From NCBI GenBank assembly GCA_951406725.2, contig OX597833.1, positions 71,424,001 through 71,488,000 of the forward strand: DNA of 64,000 bases, given 5' to 3'. The notes beneath the pieces were generated by a model, which saw only the letters and a list, made by a program, of their open reading frames with translations, did not search any database and had not been told where the DNA came from. This DNA comes from Octopus vulgaris (taxonomy: Eukaryota). The translations under genes were made by a program, and so were the position numbers. Positions 14,171-28,439 of this stretch are shown one piece after another (position 1 is the stretch's first letter; every line of letters starts with the position of its first letter).

Positions 14171-14872
14171 CTTGTGTATGTGTGTATATACATGCAGGTA
14201 CACACATGCAGGTACATACACGCGGGTGCTCACATACACACTTACTGACTCAGACAGACGCACCCGCGCACACAGGCGTGTGCACGTGAATGTGTAAATG
14301 TATGTTTTCCTTACACTGAAGAGTTTGTCCTCAATGTATTGTCTCAGACAATACAGAGAGCTTAGAGAGAGGGAGAGAGGGAAGAAGATTGAGAGACTTG
14401 TCTTTCTACGTTACATCTTGCAAGTTTTAAGCAGATTTGAATTCAGGACCACATCTTAATGAAACACTCCTCAATTTTATAGTGTTCCCGCTGCTGGTGA
14501 CATAGCTGTGTTATAACACAGCAATATTGATTCGCTGCTTGGATTGATTGATTAATTTGTGAATTCATTTCTACAAGTTAATGAAATGCTCCTCAGTGTT
14601 ACAGTGTGGGTCTCGATGCTTTTGTCAATGTTATGTTCCAACCAGAGGTCATGAGTTCAATTCCCGGCAGCGAGTTGTGTCCTCGAACAAGACACTTTAT
14701 TTCAAATTACTCCAGTTCATTATTCCTGTAATTCAAAGGGGCCAACCTTGTTGCACATTCTGTTTTTGCCTCTCTCTATATATCTTTCAACATATATTTA
14801 GATGCAAGTATATGTGTGTATATTCTAAATATCAAGCCCACTATCTATCATCACTGTCTGTCTCTCTATCTG

Positions 14873-14903
<31 letters not shown>

Positions 14904-14940
14904 GTCTACCTACCTGTCTGTCTGTCTGTCTGTCTATCTG

Positions 14941-14993
<53 letters not shown>

Positions 14994-15119
14994 GTCTGTC
15001 TGTCTGTCTGTTTGTCTATTGATAGATAGATGGGTCGAAATGATCGTAGTGAGTAATAAATCTCATGAATTTCATATTCTTTCTCATCCCTTTATACACA
15101 CATGCACCAGAAAAACAAA

Positions 15120-15321
15120 TCAAAGGTCCTTGCCGAGCCATCGGCTCCTAAAGCCAGTTTCCTGGATTCTGTGCCCTTCATATCTCCAACTCCTTCCTTC
15201 AGGATTATTTATTTTTGCCAGCTGAGTGGACCGGAGAAGCATGCATCGGCCAGTTCAGAAATCGAAATCACAGTATTGCGGCCAGGAGTGCAACACCCTA
15301 ACCACTCGTCCACGCACCTCC
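15120..15321 (-). mobile_element. Divergent tRNA-derived SINE fragment
   Basis: Minus-strand head ggaggtgcgtggacgagtggttagggtgttgcactc (A-box-like); a related + fragment lies at ~14641-14760. Confidence 0.55.
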
Positions 15322-15634
15322 ACACTTACATACATATATACATAACTGTACTTGTGTGTGTGTGTGTGTGCGGTGTCCGGTGGCACACTAGATACTTTAG
15401 ACAGGGACACATTACATTTGAAAAAAGAGAAAGAGAAAGGCGATAGGGTCACGGATGAGTTGCCTTTGATCAGAGATCTGCTCGAACAGATCTTGACCTG
15501 GGGTTAAATAAAACACAAAATAACACCAAAACACTGTTCTCCCTTCTGTCCAACACATAACACCCAATACTTCTACCCCATGCTGACCACTTCATTGCAC
15601 TCTGACCAATTCTCTCTCTCTCTCTCTCTTCCTC

Positions 15635-15665
<31 letters not shown>

Positions 15666-15674
15666 CCATCTATA

Positions 15675-15706
<32 letters not shown>

Positions 15707-15724
15707 GATCTATCTATCGATCTA

Positions 15725-16264
<540 letters not shown>

Positions 16265-16732
16265 TATATATATATATATATATTCTGTCTATCTATTTAG
16301 CTGTCTATTTATCTGTCTGTCTGTCTGTCTGCCTGTCTGTCTATCTCTCTATCTATCTTTGTCTCATTCTCCCACCTACTTCCCCCTTCCCTTGTCACAC
16401 TCTCCCATCCACCTCCATCCCAGTCCATCTTTTTTTCTTCACGGAGATCGATTTTACTAAGGTTCGATTATGTGATGATGCACTAAATGACGCACGGGGG
16501 GGGGGGGGGGGAAAGGAAAAATATTCAAGAAAAAAATTACTTGGTAAATTGAAATTTGCCTCTTATTGAGAGAAAGAAATCAAAATAAGTAAATAACCTA
16601 GCAACAATTGTGAGCGACTTTCAAAGAAAAGGAGAGAAAAATTATAGAAATGGAGGATTAATTTCAGAGGAAAGTTATTAATCTTTGTGCTGAGGAGAAA
16701 AATCTGATATCATATATGTGTGTGTGTGTACA

Positions 16733-16768
<36 letters not shown>

Positions 16769-16811
16769 TACATACACACACAAACAAATATATATACATA
16801 CACACACATAG

Positions 16812-16854
<43 letters not shown>

Positions 16855-16872
16855 CTTACATACATATATATA

Positions 16873-16906
<34 letters not shown>

Positions 16907-17038
16907 TATATATATACACACACACACACACATCTATATATGTATGTATATGAATATGTATATGAGAAAAATCCGATATCTCATATACACATACATACAT
17001 AAATATACATACATTCACCATACATACACACATATATA

Positions 17039-17105
<67 letters not shown>

Positions 17106-17171
17106 GTATATATGTATATTTATATATATACATAGACACACACACACACAAACACACACATATATATATAT

Positions 17172-17216
<45 letters not shown>

Positions 17217-17406
17217 GACACACCCACATACTATATACACTCATATAACATTGGTTCCAAAGTACAGAATCCTGGTTTCAAATAACAGTAAAGTAAATAA
17301 GTGATAGAGCGGAACACATTCATGACATACTCAGCATCATTCAGCAATAAAACTGTTCCTTAAAAATGGTCTGGAGGGCCTATATATACATATATATATT
17401 TATTAA

Positions 17407-17717
17407 TATCACCGTGATCACCGTGACCGACCAGGCTATCAGATGCTGCTACACATCGCTGGTCATAATGCGTTCGCATTGTTTTAGCCTTCAAATGGCG
17501 CCACCCCGCTGGCTAAGCAAGCAGGCCAACAGAAGAAAGAGTGAGAGAAAGTTGTGGTGAAAGAGTACAGCAGGGATCACCACCATCCCCTGCCGGAGCC
17601 TCGTGAAACTTTAGGTGTTTTCACTCAATAAACACTCACAACACCTGGTCTGGGAATCGAAACCACGATCCTACGACTGCAAGTCCGCTACCCTGACCAC
17701 TGGACCATTGCGCCTCC
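17407..17717 (-). mobile_element. SINE family C (tRNA-derived)
   Basis: Reverse complement of the copy at 57049-57334; A- and B-box-like motifs. Confidence 0.9.
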
Positions 17718-17879
17718 ACATATATTAATATATAAATATTGATATTTAGCAGTAGTAACAGAGTGACTTAAGGTTGGAGAGTTTCGTGTGTTGGCACTTA
17801 CCAAACTTTCAGGAGTCACTCTGTTACTCAAAAATGCACAAAATTAATAAGTATACTTATATTTTGAGTTCTATTCTTC

Positions 17880-18330
17880 CTGTTTGCATCAACAAACCTG
17901 TGGAACATCTACTCTAGACAGGAGTGGTGTCTCAAAGTCTCACCATCGTAATTTGAGATGCATGTTGGTCATCAAGTGGACCGACCGCATCACCAACACG
18001 GAAGACCTCAACCGTGCCAACTTACCCAGCATACGCAGCTTGCTCCAGCAGCATCGTTTGTGCTAGTTCGGTCATGTTCATCGCATGCCAGACAGAAGGA
18101 AAGGATCCCAAAAGACCTCCTGTATGCAGAACTGGCCACTGGCACAAGAGCACGAGGATGACCTCATCTTCTTTTCCAAAAACGTCTGTAAGGGGGGAAA
18201 TGAAGTCGCTTGATCTGGACGTCCTGAGATGGGAGGAGGTCGCAAATGATTGCCCAAACTGGAGACAAATACTGCAAAAGGAGATGAAGAGAACAGAAGG
18301 AAAACAGAAAGTCATCACCAAAGAGTGGGA
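17880..18330 (+). pseudogene. RTE-clade LINE 3' fragment
   Basis: 'HHRNLRCMLVIKWTDRITNTEDLNRANLPSI...FGHVHRMPD..RIPKDLLYAELATGTRARG' with frameshifts. Confidence 0.85.
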
Positions 18331-18515
18331 TGGGTTACTACACCAGAAGAAAATTCTAACTAGGCCCCACCTGCAAGGTCATGCACTGTTTATCTTGATA
18401 TGAGATCACCATGTCGCGCACATATGGTTGTGTTGCATGTGGCTGGGGTACCCTTATCAGACGGGTAGTCATGATGGGTACACTGGGCTTTGTATATTTT
18501 ACCCCAGAATCACTC

Positions 18516-18580
<65 letters not shown>

Positions 18581-19045
18581 GTTGAGCATGTCCCTTAGTG
18601 GCTGACGATATGTGCATCTCTGATCATGAGCAGAAGTAGTGGGGGAGGATCATAGCCATGTGTTGAGAGGGATTCTTTGGGGTTTGGATAATTCACATCT
18701 GGAAACATGGGTGATTCGTTCAACATCCTTAAACAACCCTTACTCAGGGACCTTTTGAGAGGGATGGGTTACTCGACCAGAAGAAAATTCTAACTGGGCC
18801 CCACCTGCAAGGTCATGTGCTGTTTATCTTGATATGAGATCACCATGTTCGCGCACATATGGTTGTGATGCATGTGCCTGGTGTACCCTTATCAGACGGG
18901 TAGTCATGATGGGTACGCTGGGCTTCGTATATTTTACCCCAATGTCACTTTGATGGCATGCACTGATCTCTCACTCAATAATAATAATAATAATAACAAC
19001 AACAACAACAACAACAATAATAATAATTTCATTAATAATAATAAT
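18330..19045 (+). mobile_element. Two tandem copies of an (AAT)n-tailed retroposon (family F)
   Basis: 18330-18580 and 18581-19045 share 'gaagaaaattctaact.ggccccacctgcaaggtc...cactcaataataat'; third copy at ~51330-51770. Confidence 0.85.
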
Positions 19046-19301
19046 GTGTGTGTGTGTGTGGTATGTATGTATACATTCCCTATACACACATTCACACACC
19101 CACACACATGAAAGGAAGAGTGAGGGAGAGAGAGAAGCATTAGAATATTATTAATCAATATACTTTGTATAATAAATCGTTTCTAATTAAATTTTTCTTT
19201 ATGAAATCGTTGCTAATAAGTTTTAAATCAATAATTATTAGTGATTCCCGATTGAACCGTTTCCCTTATCTCGTTTCTTTGTTGGTTTGTAATAACCAAC
19301 G

Positions 19302-19365
19302 CCGCTCCTTGTCCCTCCGTCCGCTCCTTGTCCCTCCGTCCGCTCCTTGTCCCTCCGTCCGCTCC
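19302..19365. repeat. 19-bp GC-rich minisatellite x3.3 (ccgctccttgtccctccgt)
   Basis: Perfect tandem units. Confidence 0.95.
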
Positions 19366-19842
19366 CTTTCAACCGGTCTTGACAACGTGACAAAGGCGAC
19401 AATCTTTCCTCACCCACCTGTGTGTGTGTGTGTACATACATGCAGATGTACCTGTAATTACTGCACCAAAGTACAAACAACAACAACAACAATTCACAAA
19501 AGGAGGGAGTAATATAGATGTGAAATATATAATAACCCCTAATCCCTTCTGCCAAAGGCACAGGACCAGAAGTTTTTTTCTGTATATTTTTGTATTTATT
19601 TATTTTTTTTTTTTGCCTTTTTTCTAGATTGGGGTACACCTGGTCGATTATATTGACCCCCAATGCTCAACGAGTTCTTACTTCATCGACCGCGAAAGGA
19701 GAGAAGGCAGAGTCAACCTTGGCAGAATTTGAACTCAGAACACAAAAACAGATGAAACGTCACTCAGCATTTTGTTCATATATATATATATATATATGTA
19801 TGTATATATATATATGTATGTGTGTGTATATATATGTATATA

Positions 19843-19892
<50 letters not shown>

Positions 19893-19896
19893 TTTT

Positions 19897-19946
<50 letters not shown>

Positions 19947-20039
19947 CATATATATATATATTATGTATATATATGTATATATATGTGTGTGTATATATAT
20001 ACATATATACATACACATATATATATATATATATATATA

Positions 20040-20093
<54 letters not shown>

Positions 20094-20128
20094 CACAGAC
20101 ACACAGACACACACACACACACACAGAT

Positions 20129-20162
<34 letters not shown>

Positions 20163-20166
20163 TACA

Positions 20167-20228
20167 CTAGCAGAGGCACCCAGCTTTGACCAGAAATGAA
20201 AATTTTCCTTACATATTGGAAGAATAAC

Positions 20229-20271
<43 letters not shown>

Positions 20272-21650
20272 GAAAATACAAAATTTACCAGTTTTATGAA
20301 AGGCGATTAATTCTGTCACATATGTTGAAGGAAATTATGTAAGAGCTTCTGGGTAAAGAACTTTCTTTCATTTTCTGGTTTGGACCATAAACAAATAAAT
20401 CTTGCAAACTACCAACCCTGGAGCAACCAACAAGGTTGACCATGAGAAAATCAAGCCAGTAGATTTCAAAGACTGACCTTGAGCTTTATTAATAGACATT
20501 ACAAAGGAAAGTTGCACTGGGAATTGTGTCTGTTTGAACTGAAATGGCATGTCTGTTGGTTTGATTGGAATTCTTGGAAGGACAACCTCTTCCCCAGAGG
20601 CACAACCAGTGATGATGGTAGCTTCTGTCACATTAGGTGATAATGTCTTCACAACCAACCCTTTCCCATTGCATAATTTAGGAGGATCTAAATTTCTTTG
20701 AAGCATTATTGGGACTCCTACCTTCAGAAACAGTTTATGTGAAGGAATTCCAGGTGGCTCAAGAGAATTAAGGAACTCTGTTGGGTAATGGACAGCTTGA
20801 TTTTCATCAAGGACTGAATCAACTGATTTGTACTTCTTAATGACTGTTGGAATCTTATTCATTAATTCATAGTTAATTCTTGCTTCTGTCTCATTTTTTG
20901 GATTAAGAATTGTCCTTTCACACAACCATTTATGTAAATTATAATCATTACTTAAGTCTGGCAATACCTTGTTCTTCAATTCAGCCGAGGAATTCACCAT
21001 GATAACAATATGAGCCAAACTGATATCATCATTCCCATCAAATGGTACTTTCCCATTTCCTGATTGGAGGAGCCAGGTTGAAAGCTGTTCCGCACATTGG
21101 TCCCCAAGTAATGAAGCACGCACATTAATCCTGAAGAAGAATTTCAGTACTTTATTCGAAAGGTTTGAAGACTTTAATGTATGCTTTTATTTCATCAGAT
21201 CTTGTTCGTCTCAGAATGACAGGTAATGTCTACCTGAAGTCTCCTGATAAAACTAATGAAATCATCCCATAAATTTATTGTTGCCTTTGATGTCCTGTAT
21301 GGTGTAACCAAGAGCTTCCATTGCACATCTATGTGACACGGTGCATTCATCCCAAATGATCAGGTGGCATTGGCACCACACTTCTGCTGAACCTGAATCT
21401 TTGCTTATGTTACCAACTGGACTGTCACTTGTGACCAAGTTTAGTGTTAATTTAAAAGCAGAATGAGATGTTGGTCCTCCTGGGAGAATGGTGGCAGCAA
21501 AGACAGACAATGCTACAGCAACTGCATTTTTGTTTTTTTTTTGGTGCCTAACTTTGGAGAGAAACAATGTTACAAATGTTTTACCTGCATCACCAGGAGC
21601 ATCAAGAAAGAAAAGTCCTCTCTTTTTTCTGACGATTGTGGAACGCCTCC
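20167..21650 (-). mobile_element. Helitron with degenerate PIF1-family helicase
   Basis: ORFs 21262-21702 (FFLDAPGDAGKTF, IIWDECT) and 20368-21123 (YPTEFLNSLEPPGIPSH, RNLDPPKLCNG, QFPVQLSFVMSINKAQGQSL); 3' hairpin plus CTAG at 20167-20170. May extend to ~22600. Confidence 0.92.
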
Positions 21651-21858
21651 CGCCCCACACACACACAAACACACACACACTCACACACACATACATACAC
21701 ACACAGATACTTATGCATACAGTATCAAACCACAGATGAAATGAAGGTGTGTGTGAGAGAGAGAGAGAGAGAGAGTGAGTGAGTGAAGAGGTGTGTTGTC
21801 ATAAATACGTGCATACATAAATAATAGGCGTACATCTTTCTTGTATGTATGTGTGTGC

Positions 21859-21892
<34 letters not shown>

Positions 21893-22300
21893 AAGAGAGA
21901 GTGCTACTTAGACATCACTCTCCCTCTCTCACACACACATACATACAGCAAAGACCTATGCATATGTATTTATGTATGTACGAATACATGACATCACACC
22001 CTTTCACTCACTCACTTACACACACACACACACAGACACACACTCCATACATAAATGTATACAAATGTTCATACAAAAACACGTGTGCGTTTGTGACTTA
22101 TAAACACACAGAGTTGAACACGGTGTGAAAAAGAAAATAAATAAATAAATTTTACGTATAATAAACAAAGTGTGAGACTTGCAGCCAAATAATGTCCATA
22201 TTTTTGGGGCGCCACTTGTTGAATTGCAAAATGTTAACGTGATATTTGTGTAATAAAGAAATCAAACCTGGAGAGTGTGTGTGTGTGTCTGTGTGTGTGT

Positions 22301-22403
<103 letters not shown>

Positions 22404-23272
22404 TATTTCAAACACTGAATGAGATAGACATGGAATGAAAAAATCGTATAAATAAAAGCAAGTTGGAAAGTGTCTTGTACCGAATGTTTAAATTTGTGAA
22501 CTTAGTAAATATTTCTTTCAGTAATTTATTGTAGTTGTTTGCGAATAGCGAATTAAAACTTGAAATGAAAACATTAAAATTTAGACAGGGACAGACTTCG
22601 CCGTTTTTATGTCAATACCAGAAGTTGACATTGAGAAACCTTTTTAAAAGAAGTGAATCTAATGTAGAGAATATCCATTTTCTTGAAAGTTAAGACGAAT
22701 TGAAGTAGACTCGGGTGAATTTTCAGAAAATCTCCACCCCCTCCTAAAACAATTAACCCTATCCTCACCCCGCAAATTTTATATATTCAAAATTGACATG
22801 ATAGAACGCATTCGTAGAAACTTCTCTTAAAATACATCTATAATTCCGAAAGTTATGATCCTGGAAATTGTGTAGTTCTTAATACGACGGGCAGAAAGTA
22901 AATAAGACATTTAGGAAAGGAAAGTATTGTAGCGGTTGAAGGGAAATTTGTCCCTCGGTGAAGCAAAAAGCCAGTATCGAAGGAACCAGAAAGAAATGGT
23001 CAACAACAAGAAAACCACAAGACCGTATGGAGTGGAGCGAAATTTATGAAGATACTTCTGTCAGTAAATTATGAAATTACTTGCATCAGCAATTGTGAAC
23101 TTGTTTCTGTCAGTGATTTGTCTTTGTTTGTTTGTGAATAGCGATTCGAAACTTAGACTTACAGTGAAAACAACAACATGGAAGTTAAAGAATGGCGTAG
23201 GAAAATTGAAAGTGAAAAGAATAGGGTCTGTAAAATGAAAGTGAAAACAAGGGATATAGATAGGGAGATATG

Positions 23273-23315
<43 letters not shown>

Positions 23316-23620
23316 CAAAAAGAGATATGCTACGTCACTGACGCTAGAAAACTGGAAGTAAATATTTAAAAATCTTTCAAAGAATTGAATGTAATATAAA
23401 AAGCAATATTTTTTATTTTGAAAAATTTTTAATAAAAAAATCAAATGAAGACCCTATTATATTGTCCGAGGTCAAATTATTCATGCATCACAAGAATGGA
23501 AGTAATTGGTGAAGACGTTTTTGCATGGAAAGTGAATATACACAACTCTATTTTATATATTAGATATGATATACACGCACACACATATACACATACAAAT
23601 TTACATATATATATACACCT

Positions 23621-23689
<69 letters not shown>

Positions 23690-23931
23690 TACATATACTC
23701 ATACATACATACCTACATACCTATATATATATATATACGTACATATATATATATATATGCGTACATATACATTCATGCATGCATACATACATACATACAT
23801 ACATACATACATACGTATATGTGTGTGTGTGTGTGCAAAAAGGTTAGGTTAAATTTCGTCCTTTAATTTGGCGGACTCCAAAAAAGATTTCCAATAAAGT
23901 TTCTTCATTCGCTGGTAGCTTATATATAGAA

Positions 23932-24004
<73 letters not shown>

Positions 24005-24009
<5 letters not shown>

Positions 24010-24109
24010 GACGGGCTTCTTTCAATCTCTGTCAACCAAATCCACTCAGTGGGACTGAACCTGGAACTATGTGGTTGGAAAGCAAGCTTCTTACCGCCAG
24101 CCACGCCTG

Positions 24110-24110
<1 letters not shown>
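24005..24110 (-). mobile_element. SINE family A, internally deleted
   Basis: Matches family A head and middle. Confidence 0.75.
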
Positions 24111-24355
<245 letters not shown>

Positions 24356-24519
24356 GGGTGATACATCCATAAGCAGGTAAATAAACACTTCCAAGATCCT
24401 GTCTCCTTCTACAGCGAGACTATATATATATGTATATTTAATGAAGGTGTGTAAGCTTATTCACAATTTATGCACACGTCCGCGTGCGCGCTGTTTTGGT
24501 ACCTGTGGTAAAGTAAAAT

Positions 24520-24735
24520 ATGTGTGAATCTCGGTGTTTGTGTCTGTGTCTGTCCCACCCCACCGATTGACAACCGGTGATGGTGTGTTTTCGTCCCCCA
24601 TAACTTAGCGGTTCAACAAAAGTGACCGATATTATGTACCAGGCTTTAAATAAGTGCCAGTATTGATTCGTTCGACTAAAACTCATCAAGGCGGTGCTCC
24701 AGCATGGCCGCAGTCGAATGACTGAAACAAGTTAA
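24520..24735 (+). mobile_element. SINE family A, 3' half
   Basis: ...ggcggtgctccagcatggccgcagtcgaatgactgaaacaag tail. Confidence 0.85.
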
Positions 24736-25365
24736 CAAATAAACGGTTTATATAGGCCCTATAATGTGTCCTGCTCCATAGTTTGTGGTGAAACTCCCTA
24801 CAGTGGCACCACACCCCTCTTACTATTCCTTTTCTTTCCTCTACCTCTTTCCTTACATCCCAATTTTATTGTCTGTAAAGCTTTATATTTATTAACACTG
24901 CTCCAAATTACGCATTTCCCATTTTCTTTCGATAGGGAAGACTTGGCTTCACCTAATGGATCCATAAGAGCTCATCTTATTACTTACACCAACAACATTG
25001 TGGATCTGCATTATGTATGGACTTGGTTACCGCGTAAGTCACCGAGTTTCCGAAACAGCTGTTAAGATAAAGCTATTATATCACTCCTTTCGCTTACTTT
25101 GTGTCTATTTTTACTCTGCACTTTGTATTCTAAGTAAATTAAGTGTTCTTGTGTTTATCTGCCTTTCTGCTCCCATTTACAATTCGATGAGAATCGTTCT
25201 CATACCTAACTTTTGACGCCGGAGGCACCGCCATGGATGGAGACGTTGGATATTGAATTTATCTGAGCACAATTCTGTGGATACCTACCTATACCATGCT
25301 TGCTTAGCATTCACCCCGCCGCCACCCCTCTCTCTTTAAATATACATACATATGTATACATACAT

Positions 25366-25430
<65 letters not shown>

Positions 25431-25512
25431 TACATTATATATGCACATACGTGTATAAATATGTATACATACTTATACATGCATATATACATATATATAC
25501 ACAAAAGTAAAC

Positions 25513-25543
<31 letters not shown>

Positions 25544-26014
25544 CATAGGTAAATACGTACGTAAGTACGTATGTATGTATACGCACACAAATACGAACGA
25601 ATGAAAAACTGTTTTATTTTTTATGTATTTGTCAACACAGATCTTTGAGAGATTAAAGAAGGAGGAAGAGAGAGAGAGAGAGAGAAAGAGAGTCAGAAAG
25701 AAACGGTCAGAAAGAAAGAACGAGAATTAAACACACACATACACACATACAAGACAGAATGAAAGTGATGCTGTAACAGATGGCAGCCAACATCAAAGAA
25801 GAAGAGAGACAAATGAGAGAGAAGTTGGAGATGGCGAGATATGAAATAATAGAATCTCATTTATTATATATGCAGACAATTATATATTCAAATTCATTTC
25901 ATCACATTAAAATGATAATGTTTCGTTTCAGACGGATCTTGTGAAATATATTCGCAGAGAAAATCGAACGAATCATCTCAATGCTTTCTCTAAACGTGCT
26001 CGAGGTTGTTTTAG

Positions 26015-26510
26015 ACATGGCTGTGTGGTCAAGAGAGTTTTTTTTCGCAACCACGCCATTTCAAGTTCAATTCCACTGTGTGGCACCTCGTCCAGTTTCT
26101 TTTTCTTTTCTTCTACTATTGCCTCAGTCTCACAAATACTTCGAAAGTGAGGGATTTTGATAGACGGAAACTGTCTGGAAGCCCGGTGTGTGAGGCTTTG
26201 GTCGACCCGAAGCTATTGAGAAGACTTATTTGCACAGGATACCGCGCGGTGGGACTGAACCCGAGGACATGTGGATGGAAGCGAGATTATGTATGTATAT
26301 ACGTGTATACATACACACACACACACACACATACGATGAGCTTCTCACAGTTTTCGTCACTCACAAGGCATTGGGTCAGCCTGGGGAGAAAGCTTAATAG
26401 ATCCGACCTGGGCCAAAGTGGGAAACTCTTGCTCAAGGTGCCGTGCCGCGGGAACGAACCTGGAATTACGTGGTTTGGAAGTGAAGTTTTTAATCACACA
26501 GCAATGTCTG
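26015..26510. mobile_element. Cluster of decayed SINE A fragments in both orientations
   Basis: + piece ~26015-26190; - pieces ~26190-26280 and ~26330-26510. Confidence 0.65.
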
Positions 26511-26909
26511 CTCCATTATGCGTTAGATAATGTATTCCTAGATAGTCAATGCCAGAAGAGGGAAATACGAGGTCGACGTAGCGGGGAATCCCTTTGATCA
26601 TAGATTAACTAGATTGGGGGGTTGTCCTAGGGGACAAAACAACAACAGCAGCAGCAGAGGCGGCGGCGTTGAATTGTGGAACGTAAAATCAGACACGGTT
26701 CGAGTGAAAAGGTTTCACCAATGATTGGTTTTGCAATAAATGCATCAGTCACCAAAGTATGGTGTCGGTGGTGGTGGTGGTGGGGGTGGGTTGTCCTTGG
26801 GGATAAAACAACAACAACAACAACAGCAGCAGCAGAAGCAGCAGCAGCCGTCGTTTAACCTGAAGATCAGTTCTATTGACTAAACTCTTTTCTCTGCGAG
26901 CAACATCGC

Positions 26910-27555
26910 GTGTGTATGTATGTATGTATGTATGTATGTGTGTGTGTGCGTATGTATGTATGTATGTATGTATGCATGTATGTATGTATGTATGTATGTG
27001 TGTATGTATGTGTGTATGTATGTGTGTATGTATATGTATGTGTGTATGTATGTGTGTATGTATGCATGTATGTGTGTATGTATGTATGTATGTATGTATG
27101 TGTGTATGTACGTATGTATGTATGTATGTATGTATGTATGTGTGTATGTATGTATGTATGTATGTGTGTATGTATGTATTTATGTATGTATGTATATGTA
27201 TGTATGTATGTGTGTAAGTGTGTGTATGTATGTGTGTCTATGTATGTATGTATGTATGTATGTATGTGTGTATGTATGTGTGTCTATGTATGTATGTATG
27301 TATGTATGTATGTATGTATATATGTATGTAGTATGTATGTATGTATGTATGTATGTATGCATGTATGTATGTATGTATTTATGTATGTATGTGTGTAAGT
27401 ATGTATATATGTATGTATCTATGTATGCATGTATGTATATATGTATGTATCTATGCATGTATGTATGTATATATATATGTATGTATGTATGTACGTATGC
27501 ATGCATACATGTACGTATGTATGTATGTGTCTATGTGTGTGTATGTACGTATGTA
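26910..27555. repeat. (TATG)n microsatellite
   Basis: Directly visible; source of the 'MYVC' ORFs. Confidence 0.97.
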
Positions 27556-28109
27556 TATTTCATTAATTAATTTATTTATTTGTGTGAGCAAATAGGGTTT
27601 GGCTTGCGAGTGTTTCGACCTACAATGTCCAGTAGATCGAAGCTACCCAGACACCCCTTTTTTTAACTCGCCACTAAACTAGTTCTGTTTTGGTGTTTTT
27701 TAAAACACACAACACACAACTGACCAAGTTTCTTCTTCTAATTCAGGCAACTCAATGAGTCAGGATGTCTATTGTTCGCATCACCCTGGAGATAACTAAT
27801 CGAAAATATATAACTAATACGGACACACAGACACATAGGCAAACGATAAACACACACACACACACATGGACAGATGTGGTCATACTGACACACGCATGCA
27901 CGCTCACACATACACACACACACACATGGACAAAATACACTCACATACACAGACATACGCATAGCCAGAGATGCATGCCCGCACGCACGCACGCACGCAC
28001 GCACACGCATACGTGTCTAAGTTGGTCATCGTAATTATGCACGTAATTACATTAGAATAATACATACGTAATTTCATGCCCGTATACTGTTATATATCAA
28101 TATATATAT

Positions 28110-28372
28110 AGGCGCAGGAGTGGCTGTGTGGTAAGTAGCTTGTTTACCAACCACATGGTTCCGGGTTCAGTCCCACTACGTGGAACCTTGGGTAAGTGTC
28201 TTCTACTATAGCCTCGTGAGTGGATTTGGTAGACGGAAACTGAAAGAAGCCCGTGTGTTTGTTTGTGTGTCTGTGTTAGTCCCGATGTTGGTGTGTTTAT
28301 GTCCCCGTTACTGGGCTTACAAAAGAATAAGTCGAGTTGCTCGATTAAAGGCGGTAAAAGAGAGTAAAGAGT
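28110..28372 (+). mobile_element. SINE family A with several internal deletions
   Basis: Intact head and tail with missing internal blocks. Confidence 0.85.
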
Positions 28373-28439
28373 ATATATATATATTTACATATATATGTAT
28401 ATATATGTATGTGTGTATATATATACTTTGATACTTTGG

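Noticed and set aside
19302-19365. Regular short repeats considered as a CRISPR-like array
   Set aside because: Contiguous tandem units without spacers, in eukaryotic DNA.
26610-26850. Duplicated 'gggttgtcct.gggga.aaaacaacaac..gcagcag' with poly-Q/A-like translation
   Set aside because: Local duplication of a decayed repeat tail with trinucleotide runs; no coding support.
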